Positions 41,754 to 56,142 are shown, counted from the stretch's first letter. The stretch: DNA of 64,000 nucleotides from Macrostomum hystrix (GCA_950097015.1 CATNEN010000001.1:26660001-26724000); one strand, 5' to 3'. A program made the numbers and translations. Notes: generated by a model not told the origin, from the letters alone.

Positions 41754-44314
41754 TCAGACGTGATTGTGCACAAATTCAAAGTCCGAATAGAAGTGCAGCG
41801 GGACATTGTGCAGCTTAGTGTAGCCTATCGCGCCATAGTCGGCCATCGAATGGTTCCAGAAGCGCTCCTCCATGCACTGCAGTGAAAATCGCTGGAAGTT
41901 GTAATAGAACTTGTTCACGAACAGTTCATTTCGGCGGTTCATTGCTGGTAGGTCCTGCACACCCCAGATGCAGATCTGGCGAATGACCTTGCCTGAGAGG
42001 CAGGGATAGCCGAAAACGCCGAACATCCAGTTCTTGTAACGGTTCAAGAACGGGTGCCGCACGTTGTCCGTCAGGAGACCGGTCTTGTCAGCACCGGGTA
42101 CAGGCAGCACATCCGGGTTGTGATTCAGAGTGGCAAAGAACGTCTCGTCCGGCACGATCCGTTGCCAAGTATTCTTTAGGCGATCGCTGATTGCCCTGAG
42201 CGATTTCATGTATGGAATAACTAATTAGATGATCATATTTTGTGAGGCCTATCATAATTGACACATCAGTTGCGACAGTCGACTCGCAGCTAGCGAGGAG
42301 GCAATTCTGCATGCCGATTTCACTGACCACTGAGCACACACGCACAATGATAGCTTGCCCAGGCACTCACTCAAACGAATGTGTACATTTGCCCTGACTT
42401 TTAAATTAGTAGCAAATTGCCCCGGATTTGAGCTCATGGTGGCAAGTGCGATTCCTCTCTGCTTTTTTCTCAAAGCGACTCTTCTGAGCTGATCCACACT
42501 TTGCGAAGAACGATGAGATCAAAGTGAAGCATTTGGAGCATAGAAGAAAATGAAACACAAAACCCCAAAGTACATTATTCCGAAATCCTATTTATGCTAT
42601 GATTGATGGTTGGCTTCAAAATAAATTTTCATTATTCAAATCTTCGCCAAATATCAAATTCTCGAATAGTAGCTACATCTGGAGGAGGCAACAAACAAGG
42701 ACGGCAGCATCAGAGAAGCTCGAACCTTCCAGCTTTGCTGACTGCGAACATCACGAAGCCTCGAGTGACGGTGATGTGCACTGAGCCCTTGTACCAGTGC
42801 AGCAGGCCTGTACCTCCAGCGGGCAGCTGGATAGGAAGTGGGTCCAAGAATTTCAATCGGCCAGCATTCTCCAGATTGTTGGCACCGTCCAGGGCCTTGA
42901 TGATGCGGATCAGCTCTAGCATGGTGCGCAGTGGGTATTCCTGACCGGTGAGGTTGATGAAGTATCGCCAGCGGCTGCTCAGCTCCAGCAGCTGCCGCAT
43001 GCACTGGAGGTCTGCCTCCAGCACTGAGAATGTGCCCCAGCGAACGTCCTGGCGGGGATTGGCCAGGACCACATTGGGAAGGCAGTTGGCGTAATGGGAG
43101 ACCGCGCTGCTGAAGTCCGGGCTCGACTTGGCGTCGATGTGCAGGCAGTAGAAGTGCTCGGGCCGGTAGATGGCGCGGAACAGCTTCTCCACCTGCGGTT
43201 GGAATCAGTGAGGATGGAAGCAATATAAACTTAGCAACAGCAACCACCACTGACTAAGCACCTTGCTGATTGCGAGCTACTGTGCACTTCTGTGTGCTAT
43301 CATTTTAAGGTCTTTTTACACTCTAATGTAATCGACGTTCTTACACAAAGCTGGCTTCTTTATTTAATGACCTTTCCCATTCTAGACCACACATATTGTC
43401 TACACTTCTCAAAAGTACTTGAGCACTCAAAACATACTAGTGCTGAGGTAATTTAGAGGTAACGAATCGGATGAGCGGCAGCTGTGCATCACAGCATATA
43501 AGTGCTGCAATTTCGGATCCGCCACTTCTAAAAGAATTTCAATGTGCTGACACGCACACACAGATTCCGTATGCAGCTGCGCACTTACACAGGAAAGCAC
43601 ATCTACCTGAATTTCTCATCGTCAGGCAGTGTGCAAATAAACAAATAATGGCCCTTAAGTGCGTAAATTGCACGACAAGCCCCAAGCTTTTCTCCGCGGC
43701 TGCGCGCACCAATTGAATTTGCCCTCGCCGCAGAATCGAGCTTAGGGACCTTGGTGCGAGAGGCAAACGCGTTAGAACCCACTGCCACTCACCCCCCACC
43801 CAGTTGGATAGGGACCTGACTTACGAATGCACCGAGTTATTACCTGAAAGAAGTCCTTGAACATAAGAATGGAGAAAGCCAGAGGAAAGCTAGCCTCTTC
43901 TTCGCTGAGCGTTTCCATAACCAGACGACGCTTGACCTGCCTACAGGTGGCGTTGGCGTAGAAGGCATCGGGCTGGTAGTCCATAGAAACACGCTGGTTT
44001 CGACTGATGCCAAGGGCTCGATTTTGTTCTTGCGAATCGCCGGCGAAGAGCTTGGCGCAGGAGACTTCGGTCACTCGAGAAGCCGCTGGACTGAGCACGT
44101 CAGCGACATCCCGACGTTGAGAGTTATCCGCATTGATTTTGTGATGGTCGAGTGGCTTGTCGTGCTGCACGACGTCATGTTTTTCTTTCAGCGCCAATTC
44201 CCAAAGACGGATACTTGATGAAGCATGACGCCAGAATCGATAGTGATGGCAAATCAGCAGCGTAGCAGACGCCAGCAACGCCAGCACGAGGGTGCGTCTT
44301 GTGCTTAACCGCAT
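41754..44314 (-). CDS. GT14 core-2/I-branching beta-1,6-N-acetylglucosaminyltransferase (GCNT-like), 3 exons, ~459 aa
   Basis: Exons 43844-44314, 42726-43192, 41754-42195 (1380 nt). Type II TM anchor; LSEEEASFPLAFSIL, FRAIYRPEHFYCLHIDAKS, WRYFINLTGQEYPL, PDETFFATL, RQICIWG, LFVNKF. The exon 2 donor (AG|GTTCGA) is inferred from phase. Confidence 0.9.
43545..43797 (-). mobile_element. SINE family A in GCNT-like intron 1
   Basis: Reverse complement of head and body. Confidence 0.8.
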
Positions 44315-45309
44315 ATCAAACGACTCTGACAGATCTGCTCAATCTGGAGTTTTTTTGGCTGTGTGTCCAGGAAGGGCAGATTGGTGCCGTCGCAAGCTTG
44401 AACAGAACCAATTGATGGTGCCGGCAAACAGATTTGAGATCACTGCCAGGGACTCGTTCAAATTACACTTTAAATGAAAGTAAGGCGTGTTTAATTCGTA
44501 GAAATAATTATTTTTAATAGTTTAACTGTGAAATTCAATCAAATTACAGTTTCTCGTTTCGAGAAAACCTAGATGTGAGTTGGAGCAGGACTGGAGCAGG
44601 ACTGGGAAGAAAGCTTGCAGGCGAGCGAAAAAATCTGTAAGAAATCTATAGTCACGAAAAAAAGGTTAGCTCTTAAGAAATCAATAATTTCTTGTGAATG
44701 ATATTCTACTCAGAATTTGGTCTTGATTGCTCGAAATAAACTTGGCGACTGAGAGTGAAGTTTAGCTCGACTGTAATTGGCTGGCGTGACCGGCACTGCA
44801 CAGTGAATTGTTTTGCTTTCCAACGCACACACAGCAGTGACCGGCCTCTCAAACACTCAGCAACGTCTGCCTCTCCTATACTCTTACTTTAATCTCACAT
44901 GCACCCAAATACGTCAGCCCGCAGTTTGTGTGTCCGAAGCGCACAAATGCCCGTTGTAAGTCCGTCTCAAAGACGATTAATGGCTTTTTGCACTAGCTTG
45001 CATTAGAGCTGCAATAAAATGCCTGCCGAACTACACACACTGTGTGCATAGATTGGGTGCCCAAGGGCTGCAAAACTATTTTGAATGAATGGCCTTACAG
45101 ATTTGCAAGATATTAGGCATTCAGGTATAAACCGGCAAGTCTTTTAGTGTATAGCTAATCGCTTTGGAGTAGCAAACCAGATTACGGGGTCTGAACAGTT
45201 GTTGCGTGACTTGAGCACAGTTAATTTGAGCAAAACAGAATAGAACGACTAGCTATGTTTAAAAACACGAGAGAGAAATGCAGATTGGCAAGGTAGGAAA
45301 CACTTAAAG

Positions 45310-46380
45310 AAAGGGGGAGAAGATGGAGGACAAGAGGAAGACAAGAAGAAGGGGAGACAAAAGGTGGGGGAAGAAGTGAGATAAGAGGTGGGGGAAGAAG
45401 TGAGACAAGAGGTGGGGAAGAAGGAGAGTTGAGGGAAGAAAGGAGATAAGAGGTGGGGAAGAGGGGGGAGAGTTGGGGGAAGAAGGGAGACAAGAGGTGG
45501 GGAAGAGGGGGGAGAGTTAGGGAAGAAGGGAGACAAGAGGTGGGGAAGAGGGGGGGAGAGTTGGGGGAAGAAGGGAGACAAGAGGTGGGGAAGAGGGGGG
45601 GAGAGTTGGGGGAAGAAGGGAGACAAGAGGTGGGGAAGAAGGAGGAGAGTTGAGGGAAGAAAGGAGATAAGAGGTGGGGAAGAAGGGGGGATAGTTGGGA
45701 AAGAAGGGAGACAAGAGGTGGGGAAGAAGAGGGGATAGTTGGGGAAGAATGGAGATAAGAGGTGGGGAAGAGGGGGGAGAGTTGGGGGAAGAAGGGAGAA
45801 AAGAGGTGGGGAAGAGGGGGGAGAGTTGGGGAAGAAGTGAGAAAAGAGGTGGGGAAGAGGGGGGGAGAGTTAGGGGAAGAAGGGAGACAAGAGGTGGGAA
45901 GAAGGAGGAGAGTTGAGGGAAGAAAGGAGATAAGAGGTGGGGTAGAAGGGGGGATAGTTGGGAAAGAAGGGAGACAAGAGGTGGGGAAGAAGAGGGGATA
46001 GTTGGGGAAGAATGGAGATAAGAGGTGGGGAAGAGGGGGGAGAGTTAGGGAAGAAGGGAGACAAGAGGTGGGGAAGAGGGGGGAGAGTTGGGGGAAGAAG
46101 GGAGACAAGACGTGGGGAAGAGGGGGGAGAGTTGGGGAAGAAGGGAGACAAGACGTGGGGAAGAGGGGGGAGAGTTGGGGGAAGAAGGGAGACAAGACGT
46201 GGGGAAGAGGGGGGAGAGTTGGGGAAGAAGGGAGACAAGAGGTGGGGAAGAGGGGGAGAGTTGGGGGAAGAAGGGAGACAAGACGTGGGGAAGAGGGGGG
46301 AGAGTTGGGGAAGAAGGGAGACAAGCGTTGGGGGGAAGAAGTGGGACAGGCGGGGGAAGAAGGGAGAGAAGTCATGGGGA
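45310..46380. repeat. Polypurine G-rich minisatellite (GAAGAAGGGAGACAAGAGGTGGGGAAGAGGGGGGAGAGTTGGGG)
   Basis: Direct inspection. Confidence 0.93.
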
Positions 46381-47069
46381 AAGGGATGAGGACAGGTTGC
46401 AACAAAGGAAGAGACAAACTTACCTCGAGTAGGATCAACTCAAACACCCCGAGACCAGTACGAACAGTGTGCAAATGAGATGTGTACCAGATTGGGGCCA
46501 CGACTGCTGCTTGTCGTTTAAAGCTTGTCGATTTATCATTAGACGGGTTGTGTTAAGAGTTCTACATAGCTCTGGGAGTCTCAACTGTCGGAGAGATAAA
46601 AAATGGACACTGTACTGTTGCTCAGGGACGGCCCAAGTCCGTGGCCGTGACTTAAAAATAGCAATGAGCGATTCTACTAACACGCTTGCTAGACAATTCC
46701 ACCCGTTGATAAGCTCGAATAGCAGTCGGTATGTACAGTGCCACTCTCACACAGACACACACATACAGGACTGCACGCATTGGCTCACTACGTCTCCAAA
46801 GGATGAAAATTTTGGAGATGAAAACAGCGACAAGAACGCCTAACCCACCCACCCTCCCCCTATATATATCTCCTGTGCAGGCCTGCACAGTCAGCAACCG
46901 TACACTGATGGCTTTTACAGGGGTAGAAGAGGGAAGAAATTGAGAGAGGTCAGACGGAGAAAATACTGTACGCTGCTGCCCTTGCAGTCTATTTCAGTGT
47001 ACATTTACTTCATAGTTTTTTGTAATTTATGTGAATAACCTTTGAAATTTTGCATCGTCTTCCCTGATC

Positions 47070-47348
47070 CTCAGTTCCTTGGGTCCTCAGTTAATTGGGT
47101 CTTCAGATCCTCAGGTCTTCAGTTCCTCAGGTCTTCAGTTCCTCAGGTCTTCAGTTCCTCAGGTCTTCAGTTCCTCAGGTCTTCAGTTCCTCAGGTCTTC
47201 AGTTCCTCAGGTCTTCAGTTCCTCAGGTCTTCAGTTCCTCAGGTCTTCAGTTCCTCAGGTCTTCAGTTCCTCAGGTCTTCAGTTCCTCAGGTCTTCAGTT
47301 CCTCAGGTCTTCAGTTCCTCAGGTCTTCAGATCCTCAGGGCTTCAGTT
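47070..47348. repeat. 16-bp minisatellite (TTCAGTTCCTCAGGTC)
   Basis: Direct inspection; a lone unit also occurs at ~49485. Confidence 0.95.
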
Positions 47349-50300
47349 GCTCAGATACAACGCTGGTTGTAGTGACTTAAGCTGCATTGAACCACTGGAT
47401 AGTATTGATCTAACCTATACTAAAATGATTTAACGTATTGTTTAAAAGTCTTTTCTGTATATAATAAACGCCATTTAGCGCATATTAAATTATATAGCTT
47501 ATAATAATTTTTTGAACCCTAAACAAATGTTCATTACGAAAGCAAAGAAGAGAGCAAAGAAAGCAAAACGAGGACTAAGAAACAATTTGAGGACTTCTAT
47601 TATATAATGATATAAAATCATGCCCTCTAATTTTGTGTTCTATGGCAGAAAGCTCGGCTTTGCCTCGGCCAGAGAAATGCATCCTCGGGCTTTCTTTTCC
47701 ATAGAACACTAAATTATAGAGGGAGTTTTCGTGTACTTATTTTGTAGTTAGCCTACGCGTGTTGAAACGAGGTTGAAACAAACGGCAGCCCGCCCTCGGC
47801 TGTTGTCTATGGTCGAATTCCATAAAAATGCACCAGCTTTTCACGCCCGCTAACTACAACACTAATATACCATTAATACCCGTGCTTTAAGGGCGTTAAT
47901 GGTAGATTTACGAGTGCGCGCAGCGCACGAGTGCCATAGACTATTTACGCACTAGGAAGCCTAGCATAAGTGCATTGATTTATGACCAAGTGTGTGTGCG
48001 CAAGACCAGCTCCTTCGGCCCATAGACAATACCCGTCTGGGATTTACTGCATAGTAGCTCAGAAGAGGGATGGCACGGAGATCAAGTAGCCGCACATTTA
48101 CCGCACAGTTGCGGAATTTACTACACACTTCAATCTATTTCTTTGATGGCCTTTGGGCCATAAACTATACACGAGCTTGAGACGTTTACGCACACTTGGT
48201 TATATGTCAATGGAAAATCAGAGGGCGCCGTCAGGCGCCCAAGGATTTTTCATTGACGCCCGCAAAGATTGGGTATCAATTTTATTGTACCATAGACGTT
48301 TTTGCCAAAGCTATACTTTCAGAGTCAGAGACGGGGGTGTGGGGCAGAGCCCCCACTTCGGGGTGCCATAGACATTTTAGCCTCAGTAAGCCATTCCTAT
48401 TGGTCGATGCCTTTTTGCGGGCGGTTAATGGTAGCTTAATACCAGGCTTTAAAAGCCTGGTATTAGGCACATTATTTTCTCGCCTTTAGTTTCTCGTCAT
48501 AGACATAAATTCATTCGCCTATGTCTCCTATCGTTTCCTACAGTTTGAAAAGGCGTGCGGTAATGCCACCGCCATTACCGCACGCTTTTTGGACTTCTCT
48601 TAATTTAACGCATACGAAATCACCATAGACATTTGTCATTACCGCAGGCTAAAAAGTATTATACCACAGCTAGGCGAGATGATAATGGCTATTAACTGCC
48701 CGCAAGAGAATTACCGAGCATTAATCATCGATGGCCATTAACGGGCAATACTTTCTGCCCGCCGGGCGAAAAGGTCATGGTACAATAGCCATTAACCGCC
48801 CGCTGTCAAAATAGAATGTAGTTTTTTTTCCCTCTAAGCGACACACTGTCGAAATTGATGTGGAGTTTGTTACTATAGAAGTTGCTGTTGTTCAAAATTG
48901 AGGGTAAAATGGTGTATAAAAATAAGGACGGAACGGAAGCGAGTCAAGGTGGCGGATTAAACTAGAGTGACACGGAGAAGAGAAGGCTCTCATCTAACTT
49001 TTACCCTGGACAAGACCATTTCGTTTATGGCAAAAGCTCCCGATGGTTCATGTACTGTATAGTCGTGAAAAGTCCGTCAAGATTGGACGTAGACTGTCTA
49101 TATTGAAGTGGAGTTGATAAAATTGAAGCGGATATTCAGGAGAATTTACCATAGAGTGTAACTTTTGTCGTTCGCAGTGTCAAAATTGAATCAGAGTTTT
49201 AGACAACTTGAGGAGTGAGGATTTGGCTCGCGCATTGGCTAAATCGGACCTTTTCAAAATTGAAGTTGACTGTGTCAAAATTGAATGTAGCTTTGACGTG
49301 CCTTGCCGTTAACTGTCGAATTTGAATCGGAGTTTGTCATTATTGAAGTTTTCGTTGTTCAAAATTGAGGGTAAAATGGTGTAAGATATGGTCAGTACCC
49401 TTATAAAGCAACAGAGCCCATTCAATTTAAACTCGGCTTTTTTATCTACGGCAAAATCTCTCTTGCAGGAAGATGAAAGAATGCTTCAGTTCCTCAGGTC
49501 TAGACGAAAATCTACTTATCTTCGGCGATAATTAACCCACTGTACTTTTGTAGCTTCATGCCTTGGTATTAACAATTTGCGATACCTTATGTCGTATGCA
49601 GTTTGGAGCTTACGAACTCCGCATTACTACTAATAATAGTAGCCACTTGTAATAAAACAAAATCGAGGAGTCATTTATAGTCTTTTCTGACCTGTCAGGT
49701 AAGTACCATTTTTAGAGAATTCGCATTAAAGCATCCGCCTTGTTTAAAATCTGGCTTCAAGAAATTTTGCAAAGTGGGTAACTAGACAAGAAAAAATCGA
49801 ATTTGAATTGCTGTCCAGAGAGACATTGCGCAGCGCTCAAGTGTTTAAAATCGCTCTTCTATTTCGCTTATGCCCTCATGCCTTGCACTGCAATCGATAT
49901 GCAGGAATGCCAGCGGAGAAACAGCTTTCGTTAACTGACAGCTTTCAGCAAGGTTTTCGCTCTCCTCTGTACAGGACAACTTTTTAAAGCTGAAAGTTTT
50001 AGAATGAAAAAGATCGCTCAGAAATCAACCAGTTTGCTGCTGAGAACATGAAGTTGAGTAGACTCTCAGTTGACCATGTGAACTGCACAGGTTGCTTAGC
50101 AGCCTAGGTCTACCCAGGACCCAACGCTGCTTCTAAATAAAAAAACTAGTGAAATAAAGTGAGGCGCAATCAGCAGTGACAGTTGCAAATGAGAACACCG
50201 CGAATAGTTAGTGAATCAGTGAATCCATACAGTTGCGGCGCCCAAAATTCATGGTAATTGTCGGGAAATTTATTACATTTATTCCAAAATCCATTGTAAT

Positions 50301-50439
50301 CGACCAGAAATCTATGGTAATTACTTCGGGTATTCAGAAGTATTCAGAAGTATTCAGAAATTGTTTGTGTTTGCAAATTAGATCTATGACAACTGCTGTC
50401 AATTGTCAATTGTCAACTGACATTGACAATTAGATCTAT

Positions 50440-51120
50440 GCCCTGAAATCTATAGTACATGCCTCGAAATCCATGGTACGTGCCTCAAAATCTATGTAAT
50501 TACCCCGAACTCCGAATCCGAATCATAGTAATTTAGCCGAAATCCATTGTACCTGCCTCCAAATCCATGGTACCTGGCCATAAATCCATGGTAACTGACT
50601 CCAAATCCATGGTACCAGCCTCCAAATCCATGGTACCTGGCCATAAATCCATGGTAACTGACTCCAAATCCATGATACCAGCCTCCAAATCCATGGTACC
50701 TGGCCATAAATCCATGGTAACTGACTCCAAATCCATGGTACCAGCCTCCAAATCCATGGTACCTGGCCATAAATCCATGGTAGCTGACTCCAAATCCATG
50801 GTACCAGCCTCCAAATCCATGGTACCTGGCCATAAATCCATGGTAACTGACTCCAAATCCATGGTACCAGCCTCCAAATCCATGGTACCTGGCCATAAAT
50901 CCATGGTAACTGCCTCCAAACCCATGGTACCAGGCTCCAAATCCATGGTACCTGGCCATAAATCCATGGTAACTGACTCCAAATCCATGGTACCTGGCCA
51001 TAAATCCATGGTAACTGCCTCCAAACCCATGGTACCTGGCCATAAATCCATGGTAACTGCCTCGAAACCTATGGTACCAGGCTCCAAATCCATGGTACCT
51101 GGCCACAAATCCAAGGTAAG
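50440..51120. repeat. 21-bp minisatellite with 63-bp higher-order unit (AAATCCATGGTA core)
   Basis: Three alternating variants. Confidence 0.93.
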
Positions 51121-51747
51121 TGCCACCCAATGGACATGGACACCTTCCCCCAATAAAAAATCCTGGCTACGGTCTCTGGACATTGTGATGAGGCTAGAGT
51201 TCACCTCAATTCCCGTCAATTAAATAAGTGGCAGCCCGTGTCCATCTGATATTTGTGCAGAGCAAGAAATATTTGCTTAATGGGTCGGGTTCTCTATTAT
51301 TGAAAAACCTAATCTTCAAAACTAAGAAAAACGAGAAAATACCCAACTTTCCATGTCAGGTTCGTGGGGCGCTGTCGGGTGGGTCGGTTTAAGTGCTTCT
51401 ACGACAGCTGCTTGTTAAGCTGGGATGCGGCGCAAGGAATGTAAAGGAAAATTTCGCTAGCCTTGAGACGCGATGACTGATTGCGCAATTTCTCTGCGCT
51501 TCAGATCTCCAAGCTTGCTATTTAAGGCTTAGCAACGAATGCAGGAATGCTTCGGCTTCTTGTTAACTGATAAGTATACCTTTGATGCTTTGTAGATACA
51601 CTCGTATATATATTTTTGCACAAGGCATCCCCAACTACCTGACATATGCGCCCTATTATCAGCAATCTGTTGAAAGTCACGAGTATCCTTACCTAGGTTT
51701 CTATGGAAACAAAAGGTGTTCTTCCAACCCATTGTGTTGACGAACTT

Positions 51748-52090
51748 AATAATAATAATAATAATTGCAATGGCACATCATTTGGTGACAATAGACCCGC
51801 AGCCAGCAAGAAGGCAATTCTGCCGATTTCGTTGACTCCTAAGCGCGCTCTCACACAGATACGAAACGCAGGCACACGATCACACAGGTGTGTAAATTTG
51901 CCTTGACTTTCTCATCGCCATTCAGTGTGCACTGCCGCGGTGCCATCGAGGTTGGCCCACAAGATTGTAAATTGCCGCCAAGCCTTTTCTGCGCGGCTGC
52001 GCCCCAAATGAATGTGGCCTCGCCGCGGAATCGAGCTCAGGGACCTTGGTGCGAGAGCCAAACGCGTTAGACCGCTCTGCCACCGACCCC
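51748..52090 (-). mobile_element. SINE family A, full length with (ATT)n tail
   Basis: Complete head GGGGTCGGTGGCAGAGCGGTCTAACGCG, body and trinucleotide tail at 51748-51765. Confidence 0.85.
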
Positions 52091-53089
52091 CTTAACTTAG
52101 AACGCCTCACGCTTTAAACATCCCATGTTAAAAAAGACAGTTATGCAATCACAAAAAGTCGGTGAAAAAATCTCAGTTTAGTCCTCCAACCGTTGGAAAT
52201 TTTCTTTGGAATCAATTTCTCGAGCGTCACGTCTTGTTCGGACTAGTTTAGTTCAGCCAATGCGCAGCAGGACTTGTGGTTTCGTCCCCAGGCCATAATA
52301 AATCCTCCTGTTTCTTCTCCTTTCCAGGTATTCTTTCGTATCATTATTCGCTTTCGCTTCCTTTCGGCCTTCATCGTGCACGCAGTGTCATTTTCGAGTC
52401 CCAGTATCGGAGCTGAAGGAGGAATTGTTACCTTTCGTCATTAGCAGTCGCAGCAACCGCTGCCTTGGCAGCGGGATGCGTGTGCTGCAATGTAGCTACT
52501 AGCGGAAAAGGGGATAGACTATCTTACAATCCCAATTATTGGCCGCCAAACGCAATGTCTCTCCGTCCCCCGATGCCCAAGTCACCGGGGACACACAATA
52601 CACAGGATCCAGAATTCGTTCTAAGCTCTGCGCTCGATTCGACCATGCGCTCTCGCTTTCATGCCCCTCCCTCAGAGTTCTACAACCCAATCAGGGATTT
52701 GTTTCTGAGGGAATTTGGGTCCTCTAGCATTGGCCCGACAGCCAAGGACACCCACCCCACCTGTATCTATTAACTGGGCTGCAAAGTTGCTACTGTTTCA
52801 TCTCTTCTATTCGCTGCCGAAAAAAAATTCTTTGAATTCCAAAGCTCCAAAGCAGCTCGCCAGTCACGGGTCAGTCCCATCGGCTCCTCTGTGATCCCTG
52901 AGCAGCCCTAAGAGCATGTGACAGGTGCTGCGCAGTCTTATTCATCCCGTCACGATTTCTTCATCCTGGAAGCTGCAAAGAATTCCAATATTCAAACAGG
53001 TGAGTACAGGTTATTGTTGTGAGATTATATTAGAGCACGAACGTATTATTCTTACTAGAATAATAAACTTTGCAGGAGGGCTGTGGGCA

Positions 53090-53357
53090 ATGTCACATCA
53101 TCTGGCGACACTAGACCCGCAGCCAGCAAGGAGGCAATTCTGCCCATATCGCTGACTCCTGAGCACTCATGCACACAGATACCGTACGCAGGCACACGCT
53201 CACGCAGGTGTGTACATCTGCCCTGAATTTCTCATCGTCAGGCAGGGTACACTCTCACTGTGCCTTGGAGGTTGGCCCTCAAGGGCGTGAATTGCACGAC
53301 AAGCCCCCAAGCCTTCTCTTCGCGGCTGCGCCCCAATTGAATGTGGCCTCGCCGCGG
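53090..53357 (-). mobile_element. SINE family A, 5'-truncated
   Basis: Reverse complement of body and tail. Confidence 0.8.
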
Positions 53358-54003
53358 CTTTTTTATAAAGGCTGCGTACAAACTGCTTCCCTTGGTCGGA
53401 GACTTTAACCCCGAACTTTGAAGGCACTATATACTGACTCATTGCGACTCAGACATTGTGGCTGTTGAAATTCGCACTGCAGTTTTTGTATCCCAGCCCA
53501 CAATGTACTGCCAGAAATAGTCTAAACTGGCTAGTAGTGGCAGCAGCTGATGAGCGGGCAGCTATACTCCCGACAGCTGAGGGAATCACGCTCGTCAGTG
53601 AAGACGTCAGTCAGTGCCGACGGTCTTAGCTGGAAGGCGAATATGAGTCCGTTGTGAGGCGGCGATGAGGCAGGCAGGCAGGGGGGACTCGGCGCATTGA
53701 TTTATCGCTTCAATTGATCGCCCGCAGACTCCGCCCCAGATGCCAAGATGCTGCCCCAGAGCATTCTCTCGATATTCCCAAAAAAACTTTCTACTTCAAC
53801 ACCTCGTCCTCGACTTAAAAAAATAATATCCTGGCACATAGCGCCCAAAACCTTAGCCGAGTCGCTGAAAATCAGATGCGAATTGTGACCCTTGCTTGTC
53901 AGCAGTAAAACTACTGCAGCTTCTGTGACAAAAAAGAAGCACTGGTACAGTTTTTAGGTAATTAGCCATGCAATGAAGATAAATGAAGATTATAAAAGTG
54001 CAT

Positions 54004-54100
54004 GTAGCCCAGTTGGTTGAGTTTTTAACTCGACCAAGCGTTCGGGAGTTAGATTCTCAATCCAAGGGAAGCATTTTGTGTCCTTGAGCAACTCATATTA
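54004..54100 (+). mobile_element. Degenerate tRNA/CORE-like SINE head
   Basis: GTAGCCCAGTTGG..GTGTCCTTGAGCAA. Confidence 0.5.
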
Positions 54101-54117
54101 TACCTAGTGATAGAGTT

Positions 54118-54350
54118 CGGGGTTGGTGACGAAGCGGTCTATCGCGTTTGCCTCTCGCACCAAGGTCCCTGAGCTTGATTCCGCGGCGAGGCCACATTCA
54201 TTTGGGGCGCAGCCGCGAAGAGAAGGCTTGTGGGCTTGCCATGCAATTCACGCCCTTGAGGGCCAACCTCGAAGGCACAGTGAGAGTGTACACTGCCTGA
54301 CGACGAGAAAGTCAGGGCAGACGTACACACCTGTGTGAGTGTGTGCTCAC
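54118..54350 (+). mobile_element. SINE family A
   Basis: Head and body match. Confidence 0.8.
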
Positions 54351-56142
54351 AACCTTCAGAAGCTCCGTGTAATAACTGAGAATGTTAATAACCGACTGTA
54401 AAAGAAAAAAACGAGTCCAGTAATAGCAAAACCACCTGCAGCTATCACAAAACTGCTGTTGACGGCGCTTCGTGACCGCTTTCGTCGATTTTGATTGTGC
54501 TTAGACCAATTGTTGACAACCAGCCTGAGGTCCTAAATGGTCATGAGCATTCACAATGCTCTTATCTTTTTTCGGGTTGTTAGATCTTCTGGTTCGGGTT
54601 GGGTTTCGGTTTCGGGGTCAGTGTTTCGGAAAAATGAAAAGCCGAACACCTCTTCAACAATATTGGCAGAATCAGATTCTGTTTTAATCGATTCGCATCA
54701 GCTGCTGATTCTAAACTGCCTCTCGTCATTACTTGATCGTGTGGCCCCGGGCCACGGATTGGTTTCGGGTCTTCAATCTTAGAACTAGGGCATCTCCGGG
54801 TCAAATCTACCTCTGCTGTTCCCATCGAATAAATACAATTGTTAAGCTTGTCGGGTTAATTGCAAAGACAGAAAATACAGAAAACAGTATGCTTTTCCAC
54901 TCGAGATACAATTTCTCACTATGGATAGCCTTGCTCAGCTTTGAAGCTTAATCCAAGCGGGGGATTATCAGCCGAAATAAGGCCTCAGGGCTGAGAGAGG
55001 CCGCTCTCAAACAACTGAGACCACGCCCATTGATGCTCCAGAAGACATCGGGGAGCAGAATGGCGGGGTCAGAAATAGCGGACTAGAAGACAAAGGAAAT
55101 CTTCTTACTAACTACAAAAAGCAGCAAGTTTTTGATAGCGTCAATGAAACAAGCCAGAATTTCCTAAATTACGCTGCTCCGCCCACGCAGCGTAATCCCT
55201 ACTGCTTAGCACTGTCTAAAATAATACTCCTTATTTTTCTATTGCCAAAAAAGTGTGGGGATTAAAGGTATGCCAAGACTGAGCAGCGATAGCAGGTGGG
55301 GAAGGGGTCAAGGTTTTCTAGCGCTTTCCTCACACAAGCAATCCCTGTTTAATTCCATTCTCTTCCTTGATTTGCTTTTTTTATTCCCCACTTTTTTCTT
55401 GTTGCTCGCCTCGCTGCCCGTTCTCAAAAGGCTCCCGCGGTGAGCAGCGATGCAAAGCGATGGAAGTTCGTGCAGAGGCAGTTAGCAACCCGATAGCTGC
55501 TTTATATATTTGGATACGCACAACCTTGTGTCTATTTAGCCTCTTCTTTTTCTAACTAAACTGGGCCTCGGGGCCTGCTGCATAGGCCTTACTCAGTTTT
55601 TTAATTTAATGATAGGTAAGATTAGCAAGTAAAATCTGTGAAGATTTAAGCGCGAAGCGAACTTTAAACGAATCTGACAGGTGAGAAATTCGTTGACCGT
55701 TAATCCATCTATCAACAAGGAAGCCATATTTTTTGTCCGACGAGAAGCATGTCTGCGGACTGATTAATTTCGACAGAAATCAATAGTCAGTCAGATTTGA
55801 GACTGGGCAAAGACGAAAAGTGCTGTAGGGCAGTTTGTACGGAACACACGCCTTCTTCAAACTACTGGGGGAAAAGGGAGTTTTTTATTAAAACTCAGAG
55901 TAAAGCAAGTTTACTTTAGATTTTAGATTTTAAAAGTACTTTACAACTTTGAATAACTCACGAACCTTCGATAAGTAAAAAAAATTGAAAACAAGTGGTA
56001 CATATTTTTAAGTACTCAATGAAAACTTTTGTCTTTGCTCAATTCAAAAGATTTTTAAAGGTCTAAAGTCCTTGTTAAAACTTCCAAAACCTTTTGAAGT
56101 GGCTAGATGATATCCAACCCAATTGCTTAACTTCGCCTCGCC

